Origin: Mantamonas sphyraenae STR306
Taxonomy: Eukaryota > Protista > CRuMs
Direction of reading: 5' to 3'
Length of the DNA: 64,000 nucleotides
Assembly: GCA_026936335.1 (NCBI GenBank)
Contig: JAPMXV010000003.1
Location: 367,181-431,180 of the forward strand
A program made the translations under genes and the position numbers. The notes beneath the pieces were generated by a model. The model did not search any database and was not told the DNA's origin. It was given only the letters and a program-made list of their open reading frames with translations. Positions within the stretch are counted from its first letter, which is position 1. The number at the start of each line of letters is the position of its first letter. Positions 23,971 through 36,750 of this stretch are shown here, piece by piece.

Positions 23971-25071
23971 TCAAACGCGCTGGTCTTGGCGACCTGCAAA
24001 CAACAATCGTGGTGCGTACCCTTCCTCGATGTAGCACACGCGCACACCTTCGCTGCGTTGCTCCCATTGGACCAACCTGTCGGCCATTCTCTGTTTGTAC
24101 GCTGCCTTTTGCTTGCGGTCCTGCACGTACAGGATTGCCAGAATCAGACACACCACAATTGGGAGAACGATGTAGCATATTGCCTGAGCCACGTCCTTGG
24201 GTAGGTCCCTAATCGTCGTCGCGGTGAGAACGGCGATTCCTCCCACAGCAAGGAACAACCAGAAGTACCGGACCATCTGACGCCGGTTGTATGCCTTGAA
24301 CTCTCGGTTGGCAATGTTCACCGCCTCATTGAGGACGCTCAAACTGGTTGCAGAGAAGCCTGGCCTTGGCAGGGCCTCGAAGTCATGGAACATGGAGATT
24401 TCGTCGCTGTTCGTGCGATGCAGCAAAGCCCACGCACCGTCCACGCGTCGATACGGAGCAGAAGAAACCTCGCTGGGTTCTCCACCTAGCGCAAAGCGCA
24501 CCATGTCGATCCCAAGCACGCGACTCTCCATGCCATCAACGCCGTCGCGCAAGATCCGCTTCAGCTTCCGCTTTCCCGTTTGCTGAACAACGATCAGAGC
24601 GATGAAGCCCAGGACAGCAAGTCCTGCACTGGCGGCAATGACATATAAGGAGCCAATGAATGTATCATCCCTGGGGTTGCTCGTGAGAAAGATCGATCCC
24701 AGCATGGTGCTCACAGACGCATTGAGACTCACAGCAGCACAGTGCAGCAAGGTTCGGATGGCCTTCAGTGGACCCGTCATGCTGCTTCTGACATCATCCA
24801 TCCTCGCCAACATCCTGTTCAGGTCATGGAGATTTGCCTGTCCGTGTGGATCCCTTCTGTCAGCTGCACAGGCTGTGAAGGTGGCCTCACAAAATTACCC
24901 GCAAACTCGTTGGATCCGTCCCTGTCCCGCAAACTCACTCGCTCCACCTCTTTCCCGCAAACTCACATCCAGCTGCTCGGGCACCTCGCGCCACGGCACA
25001 AAGTGTCCACGTGTTTGATCGTTGGGATTGAGCAAGAACTCTGTGGTCCATTCCTCTCGTTTGTTTGTCAT
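23971..25071 (-). CDS. Uncharacterised 4-TM protein, copy B
   Basis: Exons 25071-24967 and 24837-23971; same intron position as copy A. Confidence 0.8.
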
Positions 25072-25201
25072 TTTCGTGATGACGACATGCCGTTGGGCTG
25101 AGTGGGGCCCTTGAAGGGAAATGGCTTTGTGGGGTGGGTGTGCATTGAATAGTTGCATGATGCATGTATGCATAAAGGACAGTAAACAGGGTGGGATTCA
25201 T

Positions 25202-28200
25202 TCACTGTGTTTCGGTGTCGCCCTCGATGTTTTCCTCGTCGTGGAACAACACTGGGGCACCCTCGATCATCTCCTCCACACAGTGGATGAGGAGATCGTG
25301 TGCGGACATGGGCACACGCCACACGGTGTTTGTGCCATTCCCGCGCCAGCTGGTGCTTCGAGGTGGAAGGCCTGAGGGGCCGTCGTCCTCGATTGCATTC
25401 TGGGCCATGGAGGAGGAGCCAGCTGCTCCCTGGCTGCTTTTGCGTCGGCCGGCGAGTGCAGACGAGGTTGCTCGCGCGTGGGAACCAGAATCAAAGGCGG
25501 TGCCGTCATCGTCGCCTGTCGAGTCGTTGTCGTCGTCCAGCTCGTCAAAGTCGATAGCCTGTGCCTCGGTGGCAAACAGAGTTGGTGCAAACAGGGTGGC
25601 CAGAGTGGGTCCGGTCAGCTGGTTGCGGCTGGTATTGAAGGCCAAGCGGTTGAGGAGGAAGAGGACATGGTAGAGAACGTTGCGTTGCGGATCGGCCAGC
25701 ATGTCCACGTACTGGGCCAGAAACTCGGCTGTAGCCACCTCGTGCATGGCATCAAGCTTCGAGCTGCGGTTCTTGCGCATGTGTGCGCTGACAGCCTGCT
25801 CCACGTCGCTCAGCGCCACCTTGGCAACGGCAGGCGTGAACACAGGTTCGGGCAACATGTCCAGGTAGAGCTTCATGAGCGAGGCCACCTCATGAGGCCC
25901 CACGTGTGGTTCTTCGGTGAGCACAACCAGCCGCTCGCAGTCGTACAGTTCGCGCAGGTGTTCCACCATCACCTCGTCGGTGGCGCTCTTGCGGAACAGG
26001 TCTGGCGTGTCCATGCCGTGCTTCTCAAGGAATTCCAGGCAATCTTGCAGGGGGACGGGAAGCACGGTTGCTCGCTTTCGTTGCAGAGCCTTGTTCAGCT
26101 CGAGCCCAAACACGGCTGGGAGCAGGATGACGGCTGTGTCGCGCACACGACCGGGCAACAGTACCATCAGCGCACCCAACCAGTGTTCCAGCTCATCCTG
26201 CGAGCTGTTCTTGTGCAACTTGAAGCGCACGAGCTTGGGGCCCTTCTTCTTGCGCTTTGATTCTTCGCGACGCTCCAGGGAAAAGGTAAACACGTCGTCC
26301 TTGACAGTGATGCTGAGGAAGCGCTTCATGGACGTCGACTCCTTGATGTCGTCGTCCTTTCCAAAGAACAGTCGTGTGTTGTCCCTGCTCACGCGAAGGA
26401 CAACGTGGCGCCACGCCAGCCCCGACTTTTTCTGCACGTCGATACCCACGTGCAAGGCCTTTTGCTGGTCGTCCGTGAGCACCTCTTCCGACTGGTCCAG
26501 ACTCTTGTTCACGCGTGGCTTGTAGTACTTGCGTGTCCTGCCTGCGCGCTGTGTGCGCTTGGTTCGTGGAGCACGTGTTTTCGCGCGTCCGGCGCGCGAG
26601 TGCCGCGAGTCGACGGTCGATACCGTGAATGCCGTGCTTACGCTACTCACACTTTCAAAGCTGTTGGCTCGCTCGCGTCCACCGAGCTCGTCGTCATCGC
26701 CTTTGGCCTCCGAGGCGCCGTGGGAGGCCTTGAGCGCAAGCGCTGGACTAGACTGGATCTCGGGCACCTGAAAGTTGCGTCGCTTGAGCTGCTCGTGGAT
26801 GCGACCCACAAAGTATGGGTACTCGCGTTGGACGTAGGGAAGGACGCTGCGCCACGCTTCGTCCCACAAGTCGTCTCCGGCAGCCTCGTAGTCGCCGAGG
26901 ATCTGCAGGGTGATCGAGTCGTCCAAGGTGAGGGATGGGTCGATGACAAAGCGGGTGGTGATCTCGTCGCTCATGCTGTAGCGCTCGCGGCGCAGCTGGA
27001 TCTGCTTGTACGACAGAATTGCCTCACGGAAACGTACGAGCACGCCGATCTTGCCTTTGACCTCGTCGGCGTAGGTGCAAAACACCTTGAGCCACGATTG
27101 GTGGATCTGGTCGCCCGTTTGCATGCTGTCGAGGATGAGCGAGACGTCGTTGGGTGGCGCAGCCAGGTGTTCAAGCAAAAAGGTCACCGCCTGGATGTCC
27201 TCAAACATGTGGTTGTACGACGAGTACCTGGGAAAGTGCACTCTGTGTTCGTCCTCCACGGGAAGCGTCGAGCGCTGGCGCGACCGCTTCCGCCTCCTGG
27301 GCCCCGGTTTGCGTGCGGGTTTGTCCGCAGCTTGCGCGGCGGCCATCTCGACATCTGTTTGCTCAGCAGGGGCAGCAGCGTTTTGCTGCGTCGGCTTGTA
27401 TGCCGGTGTTGGGCTGTCTGCAGAAGGGCCTGCGTCTGTGCTGTCTGGGTTGTCCTTGGTCACAGCTGCCTTTTGCTTGCCGTAGGATGGTCGGCCCGCC
27501 TCAATGTCGTCAAAGTTGACGCTGTGGGTGTTTGTCATGCCAATGAGAAGAGCCTGTTCGTCGTCATCGTCGTCAAAGAAGCCGTCGTCGTCGTCTTCGT
27601 CGTCGGAATCATCCTCAAAGTCCGAGTCGGACCAAACCGAGTCGTCGTCGCTGTCGGGGTATTCTGTTTCGTCGTAGATGAGGCGGTCGTTGCTTGCGGT
27701 GCCACGCATCATGACGCGCGAGCGCCAAAGGTTGTCGACGAGCTGTGGCAGCTTGCAGGGGCTGCAGATGACGACCAAGGCAAGGACCCACGGCCAGACG
27801 CTCATGACGAGCTTGCCTAGCACGGCGTCGTCGATGAGAATCTTCCAAAAGTTGTAGTAGACCAGGTGCTCGTGGGAGGGCGAGTTGCGTGCGACGACAA
27901 AGAGAAAGTTGAGGCAAATCGGATGGAGGGTGCTGAGAAGGTAGTAGCAGATTTTGAGGAGGGAGGCGTTGTCCATGGAGGAGTTGAACCGCAATGGGTA
28001 GACGTTGACGGCCTGGAGGGTGCCGAGTTCAAAGAGGGCGATAAGGACGCAGACGGAAAAGTAGATGAGGAAGCCGAGGGCAATGAGGACGGCGAGATAT
28101 GGCACGTCGGCAGCGAGGTCGACCAGGTTGGCAATAACAAGGGCATCATCATGGGCGGGCGAGTGGCGTGCCCACAGCTGAAAGGCAATGGCGCACTCTG

Positions 28201-29341
28201 CATAGACGAGGAGGGGCACGAGAAGCGCGGAAGCGACACCGAGGACGGCCGTGACGATTGTGACTGGCATGAGGCCGTACGTGGAGCCTGTGGACCAGGG
28301 ATGGTCTCTGATTTGCTTGTAGGTCAGTTTTGCGCGTGCGTACTCGGCAGTGATTTCGTCGAGGTCGCGCTGGGTGCGGCGGAGCTGCTGGACGTTCTTG
28401 GCGAGTGTGTGCTGCTCCTGCTTGAAGAGAATGGTGGGGTCCCTGCGCTGCACAGGAGCCTTTTTCTTCTTGCGGCGGCCCTTGATGGGGGTCTTTTGCG
28501 GGCCCTTGCGAAGGGGCGTGCGCTCTGTGGCGACGAGGTGCTGGTTGGCAAAGGCGTCAATGTTGACAGTGCCGTAGGGGTGGTCAATGAGGTGATCGTA
28601 GAGGGCAACCATGACAGAACTGGTGTGCGTGAAACGGTCACGCTGTTGGATGGCCTGGGCATGGGCGAGCTTGACCATGAAGCGCGCTGCGTCGCGTTGG
28701 TCGCGCAGCGTGTACACGAGATCTTTGGCGGTCTGCTTGCGTCGTGTTGGGGCCCAGCGCCAGATGATGGTGGGCAGATAGGCCATGCCGGTGCCCATGA
28801 AGGTCATGGCTTCAAGGAGGCCGACCATGTTGAGGAATCCACGGACAAAGACTGTGTGTGTGGGAGGAGCAGTGCGGGGCAGGGGTCAGTGGGAGGTTGC
28901 CGGTTGCAAGTGAGGCGCCCAAGGCGGTCTGGGGCGAAACTGACTGTTGAGACGGTGCACCCAGGTGTGTTCCCAGTCTGCGGGGTCGGGCTCAGAAAGC
29001 CAGAGATAAATAAAGAATGCAGTGCCGAGAAAGGCGGCGCGAACGGTGAGCCAGGAGCGGGCCCAATGTTTGAGGCGCTGACCAAAGGTGAGGTAGCCAC
29101 TTTTGAGGAGGAAGAGAACGATGGAGGAAAACTGCGCAGTGGCTTGGGTGACCCAATAGAGATAAAAGTAGGCCTGCAAGAGGGAGTCTGTGCTGACGAG
29201 GTCTGGATTGAGGCCAGCGTTGCGTCCGTCCCGCACCCACGCTTGCTGGAGATCCATGGGGATGACAAGCCACATGGTGACCATGTTTGCACCTGCGAGC
29301 ACAATGGCAAAGACGCACGCGATGCCAAAGGCAGTTGCCAT
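25202..29341 (-). CDS. LMBR1-like multi-TM protein fused to RGS-like, PH and RhoGAP domains
   Basis: Exons 29341-28945 and 28851-25202. LMBR1-like motifs KSGYLTFGQRLK, GMAYLPTIIW and PICLNFL; RGS-like RFREAILSYK..DEAWRSV..YPYF; PH-like ELEHWLGAL; RhoGAP VFGLEL..LFRKS..VASLMKLYLDMLPEP. Confidence 0.8.
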
Positions 29342-29389
29342 GGTTTTGCAGGAGTTTTGGTGTGGAGCGGAGGGCAGGCAGAAAACGTT

Positions 29390-31172
29390 TTACATAATGA
29401 TGGAGGCCTCCTTGACACTGTCCTTGATGGTTTTGTGGGGCAGCACGCGGGTGGCCGTGAGGTAGAGCTCGTCCTCGACGGTGACGTCCTCGCCGAGGAC
29501 GCACACGTCTTCCATGCGTACCCACTTGCCAATGTGGGACTCCCAGCCAATGATACAGTCCTGGATGATGCTGGAGGAGCCGACAGTGACGCCGCGCATA
29601 AGCGTGGAGCCCTTGATACGCGTGCCATCGCCGATGGTGACGTCAGGGCCGATGACGACGTTGGGACCGATGACGCAGTTGTCCCCGATGGTGGCTGACT
29701 GGTGGATAAGCACGTTGCCCTGAATGTTGTCGCCCTCTGCCTTTTCCAGATCGGAGTTTTCCGAGTTCAACAGGAGGCGCATGCCGACGAGATAGTCCTG
29801 TGTGCAGTGTGGAGGGACGAAGGGATGGGGTGAGCGGGAGGCGTGACAAGGGTGGGGGGGAGAGCGGTGTGTCGGCTTACAGGTGGCTGTCCGACGTCCA
29901 TCCAGAAACCGGGCAGGTCCATGCAGTAGAGCTGGTCTTCCTCGGCCATGGTGGGGAAGATTTCGGTTTCGATCGATGTGGGTTTGGGCTGATTGAAGGC
30001 GTAGAAGGTGGGTGAGTGGGATGCATGGATGGATGCATGGTGATTGTGTATGTGTATGTGTGTATGCGGTGGCGGGAGGGGGGAGGGGAAGGGGGTTGGA
30101 CGCTGTCTTACCTCGATGCGGTCCAGGAGGCCGGGGGAGAAAATGTAGATGCCGGCGTTGATGCGGTCACCGACAAAGATCTTTGGCTTTTCGACAAAGC
30201 TGGGGTTGCAGTTGAGGATCCAAGGAGGTGTGGATGGAGGAGTGGGGTGTGAGCAGGCGGGGGGAGAAGCGAGGGTGGAGAGAGAAGGAGGGCAGGGACT
30301 CACCGTTCAATCTTGCCCTCCGAGTTGGAGACGACGACGCCGTACTTGGACGGGTCTGTGACCTTGGTGACCATGATGGTGCCCTCCTTGCCGTGGGCGT
30401 TGTGGAATTCGAGGAGGTCTTTAAAGGGAAAGTCGCAGGTAACGTCGGAGTTGAGGACGAAAAACGGGTCGCCGTCGCCGAGGCGTTCCTTGACGAGGGC
30501 GATGGGTCCGGCTGTGCCGAGAGGTTCCTCCTCACGCGAGCAGGTGATAGTCACGCCCAACTCGTCGGCAATCTTTGCCAGCGACTCCTCCATGAGCTCG
30601 GGCTGGTAGTTGATGGCGAGGATGACCTCTGTGACGCCGGCCTGAAGGGAGGGGCGTTTTCGGGGACGCGTGAGCAGAGGGCAAAACGGACGAAAGCATG
30701 CACAAGGCGGGGGATGGCGGGCTGGAGCCATCCACAGTGCCTCTCGACGTGGCACCGGGGTGCAACGACATGCGTCGAGAGGATGCGTGTGGGATGCACC
30801 GGGCCATATGTCCGTCAGTAGGATCTATTGTGTATAGTTTCCACATGAAAGTTGTTTTTTGGAATGATTTCGGGCACTTGTGGTTCATCATCCGGACAAA
30901 GGTGGCGGGCGGGGAATTGAAAGGCGTAGGCAAGCACAAGGGCGCGGGTCAGGATAGAAGAAATGAATGTACCTCTGCAAGAGCCTTGATCTGGTGCTCA
31001 ACCATGGGTTTGTTGCAAAATTCGACGAGAGGCTTGGGCACGCTCAAGGTGAGCGGGCGCAGGCGTGTGCCAAAGCCGCCAACGAGAATGAGGGCTTTCC
31101 TGTGCACAGGGGAACACGTGTGTGGTTAGCGGCGTGTGCGGGCAGTGTTTGCAGTGGCAAGGCAACCAACAT
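29390..31172 (-). CDS. GMPPB: Mannose-1-phosphate guanylyltransferase (GDP-mannose pyrophosphorylase beta)
   Basis: Exons 31172-31171, 31099-30973, 30641-30304, 30199-30112, 29988-29881 and 29797-29390. Motifs [30 protein letters not shown] and GFWMDVGQP, with a hexapeptide-repeat tail. Confidence 0.95.
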
Positions 31173-31226
31173 TGTGTTTCGCTGCGTGCGGCCGGGCGGC
31201 CAAGGAAAAACCCCCCTACTTCTCTC

Positions 31227-32733
31227 ATGTCATTGAATCAGCAGGAGAAGTCATCTGTGGCACGAGCATTGGGCTCGGCCAACATCTCTGCGTACGCCGT
31301 GGCTCGCGTGTACAAGGCGGACCAGTCGCCGAACGAGTGGAACTACACGGGCGTGATGGGCGCAGCGACGTTCAGCACGGACCGCAACGGCAGCCAGTAC
31401 CTGCGCGTGGTGGACCTGAACTCGAACCAGGTTGCGTTTGAGCAGGAGCTGTACAACAACTTTCAGTACAACGACACCAAGCCGTTCTTCCACACGTTTG
31501 AGCTAGACGATTGCGTTGCGGGCCTGTCGTTTGCTGACGAAGGCGACGCAGCAGCATTCTACAGCGCCGTGACAGGCAAGAGCAGCAGCGGCGGCAGCGG
31601 CATGACGACCATTGGTGGCGTCAAGACCGTGCCGCGTCCGACGACTGCGTCGAGCGAGTCCTCCACGGCGTCGGACAGCGACTCGGGCAGCAAGAAGCCC
31701 AAGAAGAAGTCGCTGTTTGGCCGCATGTTTGGCAAGAAGGAAGAAGAGGAAGAGGAGGTGGAGATGGTGAGTTGTGTTTTGTCGGCGCGCTGCTTGCTTG
31801 TGGGCAGGTGGGGGCGGGAGTGCCACAAGAGGGTTTTTCGCACCCTTTTTTTGTGAGAGGCGAATTCTTTTTCAACGTGGCTGACACACTCGATCGCGCG
31901 GGCATGTGCGTGTGTACGTGTGCTACCCGTACCAACTGCATCCAACAGGTCATTTCGCTGCCGACCAACTTTAAGCACGAGGGCCACATCGGTGAGTTTG
32001 CGTCGAGGCAAAGCAACTACTGCGGGGTTGGGAAATGGCCGCGTTGGGCTGGACGCCTGCTGACACAGACATTGTGTGCGTGTACGCTTGCACAGGTTGG
32101 GATCCGGAGAACGGGTTCGAGCTGCGCAACATCCCCCCTGAGTGGAAGCGCATCTTCAAGGAGGCCGGCGTGAAGAAGAGCGATCTGAAGAACGAAGAGA
32201 CGGCAGCATTCATCATGGACTTTATGAACGAGCACGGTGGAAAGCTGGAGGAGAGCGATGGCGGAGGAGGAGGTGGTGGAGGACGCAGTGCACCTCCGCC
32301 GCCTCCTCGTCGCGGTGGCGGAGGCGGCATGGCCCCACCCCCGCCTCCTCCTCCTCAACGTGGTGGAGGAGGTGGACCCCCGCCTCCGCCGCCTCCCCAG
32401 CGCGGAGGTGGTGGTATGGCACCTCCTCCTCCGCCGCAGCGTAGCGGTGGAGGCGGCGGTGGAGGAGGAGGAGGCGGAGGCGGAGGCGGAGGCGGAGGAG
32501 GCCGTTCGGATCTGCTGTCGCAGATTCGCATGGGCAAGAGTCTCAACAAGGTGGAGACTGTGGAGAAGGGCGGTTTGAACAGCAACAGCGGTGGAGGAGG
32601 TGGAGGCGGCGGCGGCGGCGGAGGAGCCGAGTCGAACCTTGCCTCGATGTTGGCTGGAGCCATTGCCAACCGCCGTGGAGCCATGGAAACCAACAACGAC
32701 GGTGACGACAGCGATGATGACTGGAGTGATTGA
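31227..32733 (+). CDS. WASP: WASP-family actin nucleation-promoting factor
   Basis: Exons 31227-31766, 31949-31991 and 32096-32733. WH1 (FEQELY..FFHTF), CRIB (ISLPTNFKHEGHIGWD), polyproline, WH2 (RSDLLSQIRMGKSLNKV) and acidic end DDDWSD. Confidence 0.95.
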
Positions 32734-32986
32734 GGCGGTGTGTGGAGGACCGTTGGTTCGGAGCCCAAACACCCGAACAGGAAAAATTGTCCGATCTCGA
32801 GTCCGCGGACCCGCGCTCGCGCCCAACAAACCGTCATTGTGCGTTGAAGTGTTTTCTGTGTGTCTCTTTGCATCGACGTATTGGCCGTTGAGCATACTCT
32901 TGCGCTGTAGAAATGCCGTGTGTGTGCGTGTGTGTGGTGTTGCGTTGTGCTGACATAGAGTGTGTTTGCCGTTGCGGGCGTCGCAG

Positions 32987-35900
32987 ATGTCATCGTCCAA
33001 GTTCTCCGATCTGGAGCAGGGCGTGGAGCCTGAAGGCGAGAGTCTGGGCGGGTTTGAGATTACCAACGAAGAGCTGGCAAAGCTTTTCAAGAACTACGAG
33101 GTGAGTGGAGGCGGCCAGCAAACACACCAGCAGAGGCGCGCACAGGTTTTGTGACACGGAGTGTTTTGCGTTGTGTGAGGCTCCATCGCTGCTGCTTTTT
33201 CGCGCAGGGCCCTGTGCCAGCAAGCAGTGCGCACTCGCAGTGTCTCCCCGTGTGCATGCGTGTATACCTTGCGTGTAGTGATCACACATGCCTCGCATAT
33301 GCATTGCACCGTGCGCTGTCTCGTCCGGGAGGCGGGGCCCTCACCAAAGAGTTTGCGTCCTTCCTTGGCGATTTTCCCTCTGAGCGACTTTGGCTGACCC
33401 ACGCCACGGTAACCCACAGAACAAGAAGGGCGGTGTCAAGGAACTGGAGAAGCTCGGAGGCCTTGAGGCTCTCGAGCTTGTGCTCAAGACCGACCTGAAG
33501 AATGGTCTGAGTTCCGCCGAGGCCGCCACAGGTTTCGCAGAGCGCATCGCTCAGTAGGTTTTTCGTTCGCCAGCTGCCGTGGAGTTTCGCCTCGTCTGTG
33601 TGCCCTGTGGCAGCGTGCGTGGGCCAGAGCACATGTGCTGACACGCCCCACCCTGCCCACACGCCATCTTCCAACACAGCTTTGGCACCAACCAGCTGCC
33701 TCCGGCGCCCCACAAGAGCTTTTTGGAGCTGCTTTGGGATGCGCTCCAGGATGTGACGCTGATCATTCTCGCTGCCGCAGGTGTGCTCTCTCTCATTCTC
33801 GGTCTGTCGCTTCCCCACGAGGGAGAAGGACCCAGCAACGAGTGGATTGAGGGTGCTGCGATCCTCTTTGCCGTCGCTGCCGTCTCGCTGGTCACTGCAG
33901 GCAACGACTACAGCAAGGACAAGCAGTTCCGCAGCCTCAACGAAGCCAAGAACAACAAGCCCGTACGTTGCAAAGCTTGCAGATCGTCGAGCACAACTAG
34001 CATGTCATGCCATATGCCCGTCCTCTTGCATGTATGCATCTTTCGTGCAATGCGCTCACACACACCATCCCACCCCACCCCACCTATTCTCCACACGACA
34101 CAGGTCAAGGTCATCCGCAACGGTACCATCCAAGAGATCTCCATCTACGACATCAACGTGGGTGAAATTGTCAAGCTGGAGGCAGGCGACCAGGTGCCTG
34201 CCGACGGCTACGCGTACGACACCAACGAGCTCGCGTGTGACGAAGCAAGCATGACCGGAGAATCGTTTGCCCAGAAGAAGAACGACGCCTACCCGTTCAT
34301 GCTGTCCGGTTGTCAGGTCAGCAGCGGCTCGGGCCTCATGATGTGCACGGGCACGGGCATCTACTCGCTGTGGGGAGAAACCTTCTCCAAGCTGCAGACC
34401 GAGAACGAGAACACGCCGCTGCAAGACAAGCTGGACATCATGGCCGCCAACATCGGCAAGGTGGGTCTCTTCTTTGCAATCATCACCTTCCTGGCTCTCA
34501 TCATCCGCTACGCCTCTCTGGACGGCGACTCGTTCAGCAAGTCCCCCGGTGCCGCAGCCTCGCGCATCGTCGACTTTTTCATCATCGCCGTGACCATTGT
34601 CGTGGTGGCCATCCCCGAGGGTTTGCCCCTGGCCGTCACCATCTCCCTGGCCTACTCCATGAAGAAGATGCTCAAGGACCAGAACCTCGTGCGCCATCTT
34701 GCCGCCTGCGAAACCATGGGCGGTGCAACCAACATCTGCTCGGACAAGACTGGCACACTCACCCTCAACGAGATGACCGTGGACAAGATCTTTGTGTGCG
34801 GCCGCTACTACGAGGAAGTGCCCGCTCGCGAAAAGATCCCGGACAAGGTGTTTGACATGTACGCCGAAGGTGCCTCCATCAACTCGACGGCGTTCTTCCA
34901 GCGCGACGTCGACGAAGAGGGCAAGGCTGTCGGCAAGTGGAAGGTTGTGGGCAACAAGAGCGAGGGCGCCCTGCTCAAGGTCGGCCGCGAACAGTGGCCC
35001 TTTGAGTACGACCCCATCCGCGAGGCTGGCCAGGACAACATGATCAAGCAGTACAGCTTCACCTCTGCGCGCAAGCGCATGAGCACCCTCATCAAGGTGC
35101 AGGACGACAAGAGCGGCGACAAGGTGCGCATCCATTGCAAGGGTGCCTCCGAGATCGTGCTCAAGTACTGCTCGCACTATCTGGACGAGAACGGAGAGGA
35201 GCAGGTCATGGAGGATGAGGACCGCGAAAAGGTCAGCAAGGCCATCGATACCATGGCCAACGGCGCCCTGCGCACCCTCGTGCTCGCCTACGGCGACATG
35301 AAGTGGGGCAAGCTCAAGAAGGACGGTTACGACGAGCCGCCCGAGTACAACCTGACCATGATCTGTTTGGTGGGCATCATTGACCCTGTGCGCCCTGAGG
35401 TGCCCCTGGCTGTCAAGCAGTGCCACGAGGCAGGCGTCTTTGTGCGCATGGTCACTGGCGACAACATCCTGACCGCAAAGGCCATTGCACGCCAGTGCAA
35501 GATCCTTCGCGAAGACGAAGGAGGCGTGGCCATTGAGGGACCCGTGTTCCGTGAGCTGTCCGACTCGGACATCGACTCGCTGATCCCGTCGCTGCAGGTG
35601 ATGGCGCGTTCGTCGCCAACGGACAAGTTTACGCTGGTCAAGCACCTGCGTCAGCAGGGTGAGGTTGTGGCCGTAACTGGCGACGGAACCAACGACGCAC
35701 CGGCGCTCAAGGAGGCAGACATCGGTCTGGCCATGGGCATTGCTGGCACTGAGGTGGCCAAGGAGGCCTCGGACGTGATTATCATGGACGACAACTTTGA
35801 TTCCATTGTCAAGGCCATCATGTGGGGCCGCTGTGTCTACGACAACATCCGCAAGTTCATTCAGTTCCAGCTGACTGTGAACGTGGTCGCCCTCATTGTG

Positions 35901-36668
35901 GCCTTTGTGGGAGCCCTCTCCACGGGTGAGTCGCCGCTGACGGCCACCCAGCTGCTGTGGGTCAACCTGATCATGGACACCATGGGCGCCCTGGCCCTGG
36001 GAACCGAGCCGCCCAACCGTGAGGAACTGCTCAGCCGTGCCCCCTACGGACGCTTTGACTCGCTCATCTCGCCGATTATGGCACGCAACATCCTGGGCCA
36101 GTCCTTGTACCAGATCATTGTGCTGTTTGTGCTGCTGTATGGTGGCTGCGGCATGTTTGGCCTGGCCGCTGACCAGTGCAATGCCAAGAACTCGGTGCAT
36201 TACACCATCATCTTCAACGCGTTTGTGTGGTGCCAGGTTTTCAACGAGGTCAACTCGCGCAAGATCAACGACGAGAAGCACCCTGCGCAGGGCCTGTTCA
36301 AGAACCCGCTCTTTGTGGGCATCCTGATCTTCACTGTCATCTTCCAGATCTTCCTGGTCGAGGTCGCTCAGGAGTTTATCAACGCTCGCCCGCTGAACGC
36401 CGCCCAGCACATTGTGTGCATCGTTATCGGAGCCTTTAGCTTCCCATTGGGTTACTTCATTCGCCTGTTCCCGCCCCTGGAGCTCAAGTTTGTCAAGAGC
36501 TACCGGGAGATGGGCACGCAGACCACTGAAACGCGCGGCTCGCCCATCTTTGCCGGCGAGACCACAGGCAGCGATCCCATGGCCGAGGTGGCTTCTGTCG
36601 GTGGCGACGATTCGGATGAGGACAATGTGAGCGTGGAGGAGGTGGAGGTTGACACCGCCGCCGCGTAG
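32987..36668 (+). CDS. P2B-type (PMCA-like) Ca2+-transporting ATPase
   Basis: Exons 32987-33100, 33420-33553, 33680-33962 and 34104-36668; motifs TGES, IPEGLPLAV, DKTGT, KGASE, TGDN and GDGTNDAPAL. Confidence 0.95.
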
Positions 36669-36750
36669 AGAGGGGGAAGGACGAAAATGGAAAAGAATTT
36701 GAATTGCCTTTGGATGGGACGAAAGATGAAGAGAGGCAACGCGGTCGGCC

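Larger units (their letters stand above)
21585..25086 (-). repeat. Long inverted repeat, arm B (~3.5 kb)
   Basis: Reverse complement of 11401-14894. Confidence 0.97.

Noticed and set aside
11401-25086. Inverted repeats as the TIRs of a giant DNA transposon or Polinton
   Set aside because: No transposase, integrase, polymerase or capsid gene and no target-site duplication. The interior genes are conserved, mostly intron-containing host genes.
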